Shown: positions 19,389 to 29,585, counted from the stretch's first letter. The stretch: 64,000 nucleotides of DNA from an uncultured bacterium (GCA_963708045.1 OY970181.1:67740-131739); one strand, 5' to 3'. Numbers and translations are program-made. The notes: generated from the sequence alone by a model not told the origin.

Positions 19389-19522
19389 ATCGGCGACTTC
19401 CTCTTTTGTTATTTTTCACCTCAAAAGTCAGAAGAAACCGCCGTTGTGCAAATTGTCTAAATTGATTATTTTGTCATCAGCAATTGTTTCGGTGAAAAAT
19501 AACAAAAGAGGAAGTCGCCGAT
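19389..19522. repeat. Hairpin element B: 32-bp perfect inverted arms around a 70-nt core (tcaaaagt...ttgattattttgtcatcagcaattgtttc)
   Basis: The arms atcggcgacttcctcttttgttatttttcacc and ggtgaaaaataacaaaagaggaagtcgccgat are exact reverse complements. A terminator-like hairpin follows at 19540-19570. Confidence 0.7.
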
Positions 19523-19598
19523 AGAGACGAAAATGAGACGCGGCTGGAAAAACGAGTTTTCCAGCCGCTATGCGATGGGTGTCATTCGCGCCTCCGTC

Positions 19599-20015
19599 CT
19601 ATTTTGACAAAATCTGAAGATCACTGACTCTTGCGTAGATAATCCGCCTTTCTGCCAAAGACGCTTCGCCAACCAAACGAACGCGGATTTCGTGATAATG
19701 CCCGTTCGGATCGGACTTTATCAAAAGATTCATCGTCCGCTCTGGAAGTGAGCACCTCCCTGCCTGATCCCAGCGGTTTTTAAAAAGTGGCCCCGCGATG
19801 GCAAAAAGATTGCTGTCTTCCGGAAGTTTTGGAAAATGCTTGGCAAAAACCTCGGGGCTTAACCTGAAACAGTCGGTCTGGTTAAAATTAGGCACCGTCG
19901 GTAATTTTTTATCCTCACATTCCCTTGCCCCAGCCGGAAAGGGGTAGACTTGACCACAAAAACGACAGGTTCGCGAAGTAATATCGTTGCGAATTATTGG
20001 TGCCGCTCTTACCAT
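19599..20015 (-). CDS. Hypothetical protein (Cys-containing, 138 aa)
   Basis: A single ORF with no recognisable family. Confidence 0.5.
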   Translation of the reverse strand: MVRAAPIIRNDITSRTCRFCGQVYPFPAGARECEDKKLPTVPNFNQTDCFRLSPEVFAKHFPKLPEDSNLFAIAGPLFKNRWDQAGRCSLPERTMNLLIKSDPNGHYHEIRVRLVGEASLAERRIIYARVSDLQILSK

Positions 20016-20070
20016 GGCTAACTCCTTTGTAAAAACGTTTTGGTGATTACAATTTAAAGAACAACTGCGA

Positions 20071-20751
20071 TTAAATTTCCATTATGTCAACGTAGTACTC
20101 TATTTCCTTTTTTATGTCTATCACGGAAGGCAGTGGTTCAATTCCCGAAAAACCCAATTTAAAAGTTCTCGCCTTATCCAAAATTTCCGTCGCCCATTTT
20201 TCTGAACGCGCGGCGAGCAGCGTAAGCTCGTTTATTTTTTCGGCGAGGTCGGAAAAATTTGCTTTTTCTTTTAAAAGCAATTCACCAAAATCATTCTTTT
20301 TTTCGCCTTCAATAAGACGATTCATTTCTTCGCGCACCCCGTCGTGAGCGTCAAGTTCGGCCGCGACAATTTCGGCTTGAAAGTCGGGATTAAAAAACTC
20401 GTTAAACTTTTTGGCGCCGCGAACGTCTTCCACGCTATTTCCTTCGGCAATAAATTTTAAATACGCTTCAGCAGCTGGCTTGCTTAATTTGTCTAAAAGT
20501 CGGCGGTGCTCCGACGCCTCGCCATAAATTTTGTAAAACGTTTTATACGCTTCTATATAAGGAAGCGTTTCTTCACCAACAACAATCAATTGGTCTTCTA
20601 TTTGCTCGCGCGTAAGCGCCCCCTTTTCCAAATCGGCGATTTTTAAATTTATTTCCGTAAGCCGTTCGGCGGGAAAAACCAACGGCAAATCTATTAAGAT
20701 ATTTTTTACAATATTGATGGTTGATTGAAATTTATTCATATTGTTATCCAA
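20071..20751 (-). CDS. Hypothetical acidic helical protein (226 aa)
   Basis: ORF only. It overlaps the next gene by 8 bp, which suggests an operon. Confidence 0.5.
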   Translation of the reverse strand: MDNNMNKFQSTINIVKNILIDLPLVFPAERLTEINLKIADLEKGALTREQIEDQLIVVGEETLPYIEAYKTFYKIYGEASEHRRLLDKLSKPAAEAYLKFIAEGNSVEDVRGAKKFNEFFNPDFQAEIVAAELDAHDGVREEMNRLIEGEKKNDFGELLLKEKANFSDLAEKINELTLLAARSEKWATEILDKARTFKLGFSGIEPLPSVIDIKKEIEYYVDIMEI

Positions 20752-21430
20752 TGTTCATATCCATTAACTTGGGTTTGCTCTTTTCTTTATCTTTATCTTT
20801 ATCTGAATTTTTAGAGTCTGTCATTTGTCCCGGCTTGGATGTTTGGGGCGCAAGGTGGCCAAACGACGGCGTAAGCGGCCCCGCGACCGGCTTTGGCGTG
20901 CCGCTATAGGCCGAGAGATCTTCCTCCCCCGCCTTAATTCTGTCTTCCGTTTTTACCGCTTCAATATTTCTCTTTCTGGTTGCCTCGCGGCTAGCAAGCG
21001 CTTTTTGCTGGTGCATGGTCATTTGCCGACTCGCCCGCTCGTTCCCCATCCGATTTTCCGCGCGCTTGAAACGCGCCTTGATCATATTCTGTTTTTCTTG
21101 TTCAATCGCTTCTTTTACCCCACCACCATCGCCACCCGCCGCTTGTTGCACCAGCGTTTTAAGCACGTGCGTATCGCTTGAGTGGTATGTTCCGATATTT
21201 TCAATTTGTGCCTTAAGATAATCGTTGTCTTTTACCTGACCAACGATCTTCTTCGCTTCGGTAAGAGTAACTTTTCCGACCGACTTTGAACTTATGCCGA
21301 CTTTCTTAAGAGCATTAAAAGCTTCGTGGCGTTTTTCGGGACGCAAATCTTTTTTAAACGCGTCAAAAAGCGTTTTTTTGCTGACATAAGCGCCTAATCG
21401 GACTGGCCGTGCGGGATTTGTCGGCTGCAT
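20744..21430 (-). CDS. Hypothetical protein with Lys/Asp-rich disordered C-terminus (228 aa)
   Basis: ORF only. Confidence 0.5.
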   Translation of the reverse strand: MQPTNPARPVRLGAYVSKKTLFDAFKKDLRPEKRHEAFNALKKVGISSKSVGKVTLTEAKKIVGQVKDNDYLKAQIENIGTYHSSDTHVLKTLVQQAAGGDGGGVKEAIEQEKQNMIKARFKRAENRMGNERASRQMTMHQQKALASREATRKRNIEAVKTEDRIKAGEEDLSAYSGTPKPVAGPLTPSFGHLAPQTSKPGQMTDSKNSDKDKDKEKSKPKLMDMNIG

Positions 21431-21647
21431 AGTTTAGTATTTTAGCATATTTTTAACGAAACTTCCAGCCCTATTTTGATCGTTATAATGCGCCATTTTT
21501 TGATCAAAGCCGCGCTCGGACATGGGCTTTTGACAAAAATACCCCGTTTCTATATACTTCCAACACTAATTAATCATCCGTTTCCTTTGTTAAGCAAAGA
21601 ATAACGGAACTTGTCCGACCGACGTCGGATCGGTTAAGTTTCCAGCT

Positions 21648-22814
21648 ATGGAAGCTAAAAAACAAACACTAGAGTCACTTTTAGAAGATAATACTTATCT
21701 CAAGGTCCCCAAGGTCGGGGATATCGTCAAAGGCGCCGTTATTTCCGTCGCCCGCAACGAAGTCAAAATTGACATCCCAGGATTCCGAAGCGGCGTTGTC
21801 CGCGGTCCGGAACTTAAGGATGAATCCGGCTCAACCGAAGCCATTAAAGTTGGCGACGCGGTTGAAGCAACAGTCATTGGCACAGAAAACGAAAACGGCG
21901 ATATGGAACTTTCGTTCCGCTTTGCCGGACATTTGCGTGCCTGGGAAACAATTCACGAACTCCAAAAGACCGGCGAGAAAATTACCGTTCGCATTTTGGA
22001 AGCCAACAAAGGCGGTATGCTCGTCTCGGTAAACCACATTCAGGGATTCCTTCCGGTTTCCCAACTTTCGCCCGACCACTATCCGCGCATTTCCGGCGGC
22101 GAAAAGAACAAGATTTTGGAAAAACTCCGCACTTACGTTGGCGAAGACTTTACCGTTCGCATTATTGACGCGAACGAACAGGAACGTAAGCTGATTGTTT
22201 CGGAAAAAGCCATTTGGGAAGAAGACCAAAAAGAAGTTTTGAACCGCTTTAAAGTCGGCGATACGGTTGAGGGCGAAGTTGTCGCTCTGGCCGACTTTGG
22301 CGCCTTTATCCGCTTTGACGGCCTTGAAGGTTTGGTTCACATTTCCGAACTTGCTTGGCAACGCATTGACCACCCACGCGACATTCTCACGATGGGCCAA
22401 AAGGTTAAAGCGCAGATCATCAACATTGAAGCTTCAAAAATCTTCCTTTCGCTTAAACGCTTGGTCGCCGACCCGTGGAAAGATGTCGTTGACCGCTACC
22501 ACATCGGACAGATCGTCCGCGGCAAGATCATTAAAGCAAATCCGTTCGGCTTTTTCGTTGAACTTGATTCGGACATCCACGGCTTAGCCCACATTTCTGA
22601 ACTTTCTTCAAAACCAATTAAGGATCCGACCGAGGTTGCCAAAATCGGCGATGATATGGCTTGGAAAATCGTTTCCATTGAACCGGAACAACACCGCCTT
22701 GGCCTATCCCTTAAAGCGCTTGAAGAAACTGTAAAAGAAGGCAAAGAAAAAACTTCCGAAACCGAAGAAGAAACCAAGGAAGAAAAAAAGGAAGACGACA
22801 AAGAAGACAAATAA
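21648..22814 (+). CDS. rpsA: 30S ribosomal protein S1 (four S1 domains, short form)
   Basis: S1-domain motifs repeat (GDIVKGAV, GDTVEGEV, GQIVRGKI) and the tail is acidic and Lys-rich. Confidence 0.85.
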   Translation: MEAKKQTLESLLEDNTYLKVPKVGDIVKGAVISVARNEVKIDIPGFRSGVVRGPELKDESGSTEAIKVGDAVEATVIGTENENGDMELSFRFAGHLRAWETIHELQKTGEKITVRILEANKGGMLVSVNHIQGFLPVSQLSPDHYPRISGGEKNKILEKLRTYVGEDFTVRIIDANEQERKLIVSEKAIWEEDQKEVLNRFKVGDTVEGEVVALADFGAFIRFDGLEGLVHISELAWQRIDHPRDILTMGQKVKAQIINIEASKIFLSLKRLVADPWKDVVDRYHIGQIVRGKIIKANPFGFFVELDSDIHGLAHISELSSKPIKDPTEVAKIGDDMAWKIVSIEPEQHRLGLSLKALEETVKEGKEKTSETEEETKEEKKEDDKEDK

Positions 22815-22931
22815 AAAAATACCGATTATAATATAGTAGCCCCCCACTTTCTTTTGATTAAGCGAACCGCAAAATATGGGGTCGCTTGTTAAAAGAAAGT
22901 GGGGGGCTCTATTTGTTAATACACACATATC

Positions 22932-24775
22932 ATGAAAGCCCAATTAAAAAACATCATAATTTTTATCGCTGCCCTCGTCATTCTCGGTGTAATTTTTTCC
23001 GCCATCAATATGAATGCGGAAAAACCAACCAAGGTTGACTTGGTAAAACTTTCCGAGCAAGTAAAGAGCGAGCAGATTTCAACCGTGGTCATTAAGGGCT
23101 CAAGCATTGAAGCCACGACGACCGACAACAAAAAAGAGGTCGCGACCAAAGAAGACAGCGAATCATTTACCGACCTCATGAAAAATCTGGGCGTCGGCGA
23201 CGATAAACTGCAAAAAATTTCTCTTACCGTTTCCAACCCGAGCGGTTTTGAAAACTGGCTATCGCTTCTCATACCAGTTTTCCTTCCAGTCATTCTTATT
23301 GGCGTGCTCCTCTTTTTTATGATGCGCCAAGCACAGGGACAAAATATGCGCGCGATGTCGTTTGGCCAGTCTGGTGCGCGCGAAGTTGGGAAAGACAATA
23401 AAAACAAAATCACTTTTGCCGACGTTGCCGGCGCCAAAGAAGCTAAAGAAGAACTTTCCGAAGTTGTTGAATTTTTACGCCAGCCAAAAAAATTCGTTGC
23501 TGTTGGCGCCAAAATTCCTAAAGGCGTTCTCTTAATGGGGCCGCCGGGCACGGGAAAAACAATGCTCGCTCGCGCCGTGGCCGGCGAAGCCGATGTCCCC
23601 TTTCTTCATATTTCTGGTTCCGAGTTTGTGGAAATGTTTGTCGGCGTTGGCGCATCGCGCGTCCGCGATCTTTTCGCTCGCGCCAAAAAGAGCGCGCCGT
23701 GCATTGTCTTTATAGATGAAATTGACGCCGTTGGTCGTCAACGTGGCACGGGTCTTGGCGGCTCGCACGACGAACGCGAACAGACGCTTAACCAAATTTT
23801 GGTTGAGATGGACGGCTTTGACCCCTCCTTGGGCGTGATCGTTATTGCCGCTACCAATCGCCCCGACGTTCTTGATCCCGCCCTCCTTCGCCCCGGCCGT
23901 TTTGACCGCCGCGTCGTTCTTGACCTCCCTGATGTAAACGAACGCGAGGCGATTCTTAAGGTTCACTTTAAAGGCAAGCCGATTTCCGAAAATGTTTCTG
24001 CGAGAAAAGTTGCCGAGCGCACGCCCGGATTCTCTGGCGCCGACCTTGCTAACGTGGTGAACGAAGCCGCAATTCTTACGGCGCGTCTTAACACCAAAAC
24101 CGTAACCGAGGATTCGCTACTCACATCCATTGAAAAAGTAATGCTCGGGCCGGAACGCAAGAGCCGCGTCATTACCGAGGAAGAAAAGAAAATTATCGCC
24201 TACCACGAAGCTGGACACGCGCTGGTTTTCCACGAACTCCCCGCCGCTGACCCAGTGCAAAAAATTTCCATTATCGCTCGCGGGCACGCCGGCGGCTACA
24301 CGATTAAAATGCCGACGGACGATCGCCGACTCCGCACGCGCGGCAATTTCCTCGCCGACTTAGCCGGATCACTTGGCGGCTTTGTGACGGAACGAGAAAT
24401 TTTTGGCAACGACAAGCTTACAACCGGCGCTTCGGCCGACCTTAAAAACGCGACGCGCACCGCCCGCCGAATGGTTACCGAATTTGGTATGTCCGACGTC
24501 CTTGGCCCCAGAACTTTTGGCGAGCACGAGGAAATGATTTTCCTCGGTCGCGAAATTTCGGAACAGCGCGACTACTCGGAAAAAATCGCCGAGCAAATTG
24601 ACAACGAAGTAAGCGCGCTTATCCGCGCCGCCGAGAAAAAAGCCGAATCAATCATCAAAACCAAACGCGTTGTTTTAGAAAAAACTGGTGGAAACATTGC
24701 TTAAGAAAGAAACAATAGAACGCGAAGACTTTGAAGCCATCGTCGGCCCCAAAGCCAAGGTATAAAACAAATTCA
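22932..24775 (+). CDS. ftsH: ATP-dependent zinc metalloprotease FtsH, with an apparent frameshift in the A6 run at about 24677-24682
   Basis: An N-terminal TM, AAA+ Walker [12 protein letters not shown], and the zinc protease motif HEAGHAL. The annotated ORF stops at 24704. The +1 frame continues [26 protein letters not shown], which matches a typical FtsH C-terminus. Confidence 0.88.
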
Positions 24776-24796
24776 TACTCACAAACCCCCGCTTTA

Positions 24797-24826
24797 AGGC
24801 GGGGGTTTTGATTACTATCGTATCAT
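24797..24826 (+). terminator. Rho-independent terminator after ftsH
   Basis: aaacccccgctttaaggcgggggttttg. Confidence 0.75.
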
Positions 24827-24988
24827 CTAGAGGGTTTTATCGTATCGTTTTGATACGATTTTGGTTGAAGGTTTCGCCTCGACCAAAATGCGGTGGACGT
24901 CCGCTGTTCAACTACTGCCAAGCTAGTTATAACAAAAGCCCCATGTTCTCAACATGAGGCCTTCGATGAAACTTAACTAAAGAGCTGA

Positions 24989-25741
24989 TTACTTGCGACG
25001 ACGAAAGACGAAGCGGACGTCGGCACTCTGACGAGAGTCGGGGCTGCCATCGTCACTGCTCAACCAAAGTCCGTCATCGTCGCACCCAACGCTCCAGACC
25101 TTGAGATAGCTGCCCGTGTCAGTTGGTTCCATGGCTAGTATGAGCCACTCGCCTTTCGGTTGGTTAATGTACTTACGTCGCAGTTCGGGACCATCTTCTG
25201 GAAGACACAGGTCAAGACCCATTTCGCGACCTTTGTCGCATGTTTCTCGAAAAGTCGCCCCACTCGCGAATCCCAGTTCTGCGTTCGTAACCACGACTAA
25301 GGGAACGGTGGTTGTAGCAATATACTTGCTAAAAACAACGGTGTTCAGAAGATTGTTGGCCCAGTCACTGATCCGACGGCCGACTTGTACTAGGACGATG
25401 CGAAAACCGTCGGCGTCCTTCCTTCCGACGCTGTGGGTGATAGTTTTCCACGTCTTCCAAACACGGACTGGTTGTTCACGGACTGGTTGTTCAATGATCA
25501 AGTCAAAAACCCGATCCGCCAGCTTTGGCTCTTTGATAAGTCGTCTCAGATGTCCAATCGTGCCGTTGCGCTTTTCTAGCCCATGGACAACGACGCGGAT
25601 GAGCTCAAAGATGAATCCAATTACCGAGAGGAGTGTTCGCAAATTCCAATTCTTTTCTTTGCTTCTCATGACCCTGCTCTGCCTTTCTCTTGGCACACCC
25701 CTCATCCCGACACCACGCCGAGACATAGGGCTTGCCGACAA
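24989..25741 (-). CDS. Hypothetical protein, higher GC (about 63%); start uncertain (Met at 25741/25705/25669)
   Basis: A 250-aa ORF with one TM segment (LLSVIGFIFELIRVVV) and no recognisable family. Confidence 0.45.
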   Translation of the reverse strand: MSASPMSRRGVGMRGVPRERQSRVMRSKEKNWNLRTLLSVIGFIFELIRVVVHGLEKRNGTIGHLRRLIKEPKLADRVFDLIIEQPVREQPVRVWKTWKTITHSVGRKDADGFRIVLVQVGRRISDWANNLLNTVVFSKYIATTTVPLVVVTNAELGFASGATFRETCDKGREMGLDLCLPEDGPELRRKYINQPKGEWLILAMEPTDTGSYLKVWSVGCDDDGLWLSSDDGSPDSRQSADVRFVFRRRK

Positions 25742-25953
25742 CTAACAAAAATTGCAAAGGACACATTTTACTTTGTAAAAACAAAATAAAATGCGCACCT
25801 TCCAAAGGATTTTGACTTAATAATACATCATAGGAGCATGATTTTGTCAAAAATGTGTCCTTTAATTTTTTCATAAATTTTATTTAAAAACCCACAAAAA
25901 ACCTATTTATGATATAATGATTTAAACAAAAATTTTACTAACCATAGATCTTT

Positions 25954-26931
25954 ATGAGGACTGTTAAAAAAGAACAGACGACTTATCGGCATATTATTGC
26001 TGACGCTTGGAAAATTACCTGGCGGCGCAAAGAACTTTGGGTTTTTGGTTTTTTTGCTGTGTTTGCTTGGGGTGGCGGCGCGATAAATTATATCGCGAAC
26101 GCGGCGGCGCGATTTTCTTCGGGCGTGCCGTTTGTAAAAACAACCGAGACCATCCGTCTTTTTGCTTCCGAACTCGCATCGCCCGCGAGCGCCACGAGAA
26201 TTGCTGCCGCCATCGCCCTGCTTGTCACCGTTGTTATTTTTGCCATTGCCGTCTTTGCTTCCATAACCTCGGTTGGCGCAATTTTAAACGCCGCCGCCGA
26301 ACACAAAGCTGATCAAAAATCCAACCTGCGCAAAGACACCCTTGCGGGCGCGCGCTCTTTTTCCCGAATTTTTGCGATTATCTTGGCCTGCCGCATTATC
26401 GCCATTGCCCTTCTCCTTATTGTTGGACTAGCATTTTCCGGATATATTTTTGTGTCGCCATTGTTTTGGGTTTTGTTCATTATTCTTTTTATCATCGCTT
26501 GCCTGGTTTCGCTTTTTCTCTGGTTTGTTTCTTCGGTGGCGTCGGCCGGCGTTGCGATTGATAATTTAAGCATCCGACAGGCAGTTGCCGTTTCTTTTAA
26601 CCTGCTAGAACAGCACTGGCTCGTTTGTCTAGAAACAATGGTGATGCTTTTTGCCGCAACCATTGTTGCTGCAATCGCAATTATTGCCACAACTATTGTT
26701 CTTTCCCTACCCTTTACGATCCTTCTCTTTGTTGCCATCTTTGTTAAGTCAACAATCCTGGTAAACATTCTGGCTTATGTCGGGCTCGCGGTCGGTTTTG
26801 CCATAATTGTCGTCGCGGGAAGCGCGCTTTCAGTTTTTACTCAAGCAACTTGGGCGCTTCTTTACGAACGGCTCGGAACGCATGGCGCCGTGGCCAAACT
26901 GGAACGTCTTTTTTCTAAATTTAAAAAATAA
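25954..26931 (+). CDS. Polytopic membrane protein (hypothetical)
   Basis: A 325-aa ORF with about eight hydrophobic helices. Confidence 0.55.
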   Translation: MRTVKKEQTTYRHIIADAWKITWRRKELWVFGFFAVFAWGGGAINYIANAAARFSSGVPFVKTTETIRLFASELASPASATRIAAAIALLVTVVIFAIAVFASITSVGAILNAAAEHKADQKSNLRKDTLAGARSFSRIFAIILACRIIAIALLLIVGLAFSGYIFVSPLFWVLFIILFIIACLVSLFLWFVSSVASAGVAIDNLSIRQAVAVSFNLLEQHWLVCLETMVMLFAATIVAAIAIIATTIVLSLPFTILLFVAIFVKSTILVNILAYVGLAVGFAIIVVAGSALSVFTQATWALLYERLGTHGAVAKLERLFSKFKK

Positions 26932-27041
26932 CATAACCCCTCCCTGCCTCCCCTTACCTCCGACGTTTTGACCTCTTAAAATAATTTGGAGGTCGGAGTC
27001 CGATCAACATCGGACTTAAGGGGAGGAAAAGATAATATCCT

Positions 27042-27665
27042 GTGCCTACAGAAATGCGAGAAAAAATTCCCGGCGATCGCGTTCGTTATCTGCCGCCCGA
27101 CGGAACGGAAATAGAAAATAACTGGAAACTAATCCGTTACGAACCTGATTCGGGAAACGCGATTTTGGAACGCAATGCCACGCGCGTTAATGTGCCGCGC
27201 GAAAATTTTTTACTTTTAAATTTTCCCGGCAGTGATGACCTTTATCTTTGCCTTCAGAGCAGTATCGCTCGCGACCCCATGGCAACGAGCGCGATTAATG
27301 CTTGGAAAAACAACGATCTTAAAACCGTTAAACGCAATCTTACTGACATCATCAGCCGAAATGCGCCGGCGTTTTTGGGCATTCAAACCGCTTCCGATCT
27401 TTCGCAAAAACTTGTTGAACGCGAGGAAGCGATTGATAATTCAATGCGTATTCTCAAACTAGATATTGGCAGAGCCGAACAAGAATATAACCGCTTTGAA
27501 GCCAAAACAAACTTTGAGCGCGATAAGAAAGACAACCTCCTAATGCGTCTCCGCAACTTTCAAGATCAATACGCGACCAAACTTTTTGAAAAAAATAATC
27601 TTGTCCCCATTTGGCAAGAACTCTTTCGCGCCCTTTCGGCGATTGAATTTAAACTTAGAAATTAA
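27042..27665 (+). CDS. Hypothetical protein (207 aa)
   Basis: ORF only. The C-terminal half is predicted helical. Confidence 0.5.
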   Translation: MPTEMREKIPGDRVRYLPPDGTEIENNWKLIRYEPDSGNAILERNATRVNVPRENFLLLNFPGSDDLYLCLQSSIARDPMATSAINAWKNNDLKTVKRNLTDIISRNAPAFLGIQTASDLSQKLVEREEAIDNSMRILKLDIGRAEQEYNRFEAKTNFERDKKDNLLMRLRNFQDQYATKLFEKNNLVPIWQELFRALSAIEFKLRN

Positions 27666-27671
27666 CCTGCA

Positions 27672-27801
27672 AAGAAAAACCAGAAACCGCATTTTTTCAC
27701 CGAAACAAATTGACGATGAACAAATAATCAACCATTTTATTTAGCTTTAAGAATATATTTTCTAATTTTTGAGGTGAAAAAATGCGGTTCTGGTTTTTCT
27801 T
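27672..27801. repeat. Hairpin element C (opposite orientation): 29/30-bp inverted arms around a 71-nt core whose reverse complement shares ttgattatttgttcatcgtcaatttgtttc with element B
   Basis: Arms aagaaaaaccagaaaccgcattttttcacc / ggtgaaaaaatgcggttctggtttttctt, with one extra A in the left arm. Confidence 0.7.
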
Positions 27802-27852
27802 ATTCACACATCGCCTGACGGCGATTTTTTTGTTATACTGGCGGAAAGCAAT

Positions 27853-29574
27853 ATGGCAACAACCAAACCAACAATTGAAGAGATTCTCAAACGAAACGTG
27901 CCGATTTTAACCGATAAGCTGGATTCGGAGATGACGCAAGCGGAAAAAATCAGGGTGGAATTGGATGCGATTCGCTTAAAAGAAAAAGAAACCGAGACCG
28001 AACGAACGGCGGCCAAGCTCGGCCTGCCTTATGTTAATCTTTTTCGTTTCGCAATCGGCCCCGAAACAATTGCCACCATCCCCCAAGAACTGGCGGCCAA
28101 ACATTTCGTGGTTTGCTTTTTAAACACCGGCGCCGAAATCCGACTTGGCACAATTGATCCGTCGGACCCGGGTGTAGAAGAAATTCGTTATCAAATCGCC
28201 GAACGAACGCACTCCAACGTCGTTGTTTATTTTATTTCCGAACACTCGCTCGCCGCCGGTTATCGGCTTTATGAAACTCTTCCCGTCATTCACAAAGTTA
28301 CGCGCGGCGTGAATATTTCCGACGCCGAGATTCAGCGTTTTCACGATGTCCGCTCGTTTGACAAACTTCAAGCGGCGCTTAAAAACGCCAACATGACCGA
28401 CGTTGTCACGATTATCATTGCGGGCGCCCTTAACGCCCGCTCGTCGGACATCCACGTGGAAGCCGAAGAAAAAGAAACCTCTGTTCGTTTTCGCGTTGAC
28501 GGCGTCCTTGTCCGCGTCGCGACTTTGCCAGCAACAGACTGGCAACGAATGATTTCGCGCATCAAACTGCTTGCCAAATTAAAACTCAACGTCATTTCCC
28601 AACCGCAAGACGGACGCTTTAGCATTTTCCTAGAAAAAGAAAAAATTGACGTTCGCGTTTCCACCATTCCGACTGCTTTTGGCGAATCAATCGTTATGCG
28701 TATTCTTCGTTCCGGTTCGGCGCAAATCAAACTTGAATCCTTGGGCTTGCGCGCGCCGTATGACGCCCTTCTTAATCGGCAAATTGAACGCCCAAACGGA
28801 ATGATCATCACAACCGGACCGACCGGCTCTGGAAAAACGACGACGCTTTACGCTGTTTTGCAAAAACTTAATTCGCCGGACACAAAAATTATCACTCTTG
28901 AAGACCCGATTGAATACGAACTTGCCGGCATTAACCAGTCGCAAATTGACCACACCAAAGATTATACGTTTGCTAAAGGTTTGCGCTCCATTCTCCGCCA
29001 AGACCCCGACATTATTATGGTCGGCGAAATCCGCGACCTAGAAACTGCCGAGGTAGCGATTCAAGCCGCGCTCACCGGCCACCTTCTCCTTTCAACCATT
29101 CACACAAACGATGCCGCGGGTGCCATCCCCCGTTTTCTTTCTATGGGCGTTAAATCATTCTTGCTCGCGCCGGCGCTTAACGCGATTATCGGCCAGCGCC
29201 TATGCCGCACCATTCACGACAAATGCAAAACCGAAGCCAAGCTGGACGATGAAACGCTTGCCCGCGTTAAAAAAACACTCGCTGAAATTTCGCCAAAGTC
29301 GGGCGTTAAAGTTGATTTGAATAATTTACATTTTTACCGCGGCGCCGGTTGTGATGAATGCAACAACTTGGGCTACCTCGGACGCATTGGCATTTATGAA
29401 ATCCTCGCGATGAGCCAAGACATTGAAAAAGTCATTCTCTCGGGCGCGGTTTCGGAATATCAAATGCGCGACATCGCCAAAGAAGCCGGGATGATCACGA
29501 TGGCCGAAGACGGCTTGCTTAAAGCCCTAGACGGCTTTACCACCGTGGACGAAGTCTTCCGCGTGGCTGAATAA
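27853..29574 (+). CDS. pilB: Type IV pilus assembly ATPase PilB/GspE
   Basis: A T2SSE N-domain, Walker A GPTGSGKTT, and a tetracysteine motif CX2C...CX2C (CRTIHDKC ... CDEC). Confidence 0.9.
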   Translation: MATTKPTIEEILKRNVPILTDKLDSEMTQAEKIRVELDAIRLKEKETETERTAAKLGLPYVNLFRFAIGPETIATIPQELAAKHFVVCFLNTGAEIRLGTIDPSDPGVEEIRYQIAERTHSNVVVYFISEHSLAAGYRLYETLPVIHKVTRGVNISDAEIQRFHDVRSFDKLQAALKNANMTDVVTIIIAGALNARSSDIHVEAEEKETSVRFRVDGVLVRVATLPATDWQRMISRIKLLAKLKLNVISQPQDGRFSIFLEKEKIDVRVSTIPTAFGESIVMRILRSGSAQIKLESLGLRAPYDALLNRQIERPNGMIITTGPTGSGKTTTLYAVLQKLNSPDTKIITLEDPIEYELAGINQSQIDHTKDYTFAKGLRSILRQDPDIIMVGEIRDLETAEVAIQAALTGHLLLSTIHTNDAAGAIPRFLSMGVKSFLLAPALNAIIGQRLCRTIHDKCKTEAKLDDETLARVKKTLAEISPKSGVKVDLNNLHFYRGAGCDECNNLGYLGRIGIYEILAMSQDIEKVILSGAVSEYQMRDIAKEAGMITMAEDGLLKALDGFTTVDEVFRVAE

Positions 29575-29585
29575 TAAATTTATCT

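Noticed and set aside
19251-19522. Hairpin elements considered as integron attC sites or a retron msr/msd
   Set aside because: In attC sites the variable palindromic part is internal and the conserved R/L boxes are terminal, the opposite of what is seen here. No integrase or reverse transcriptase gene lies nearby.
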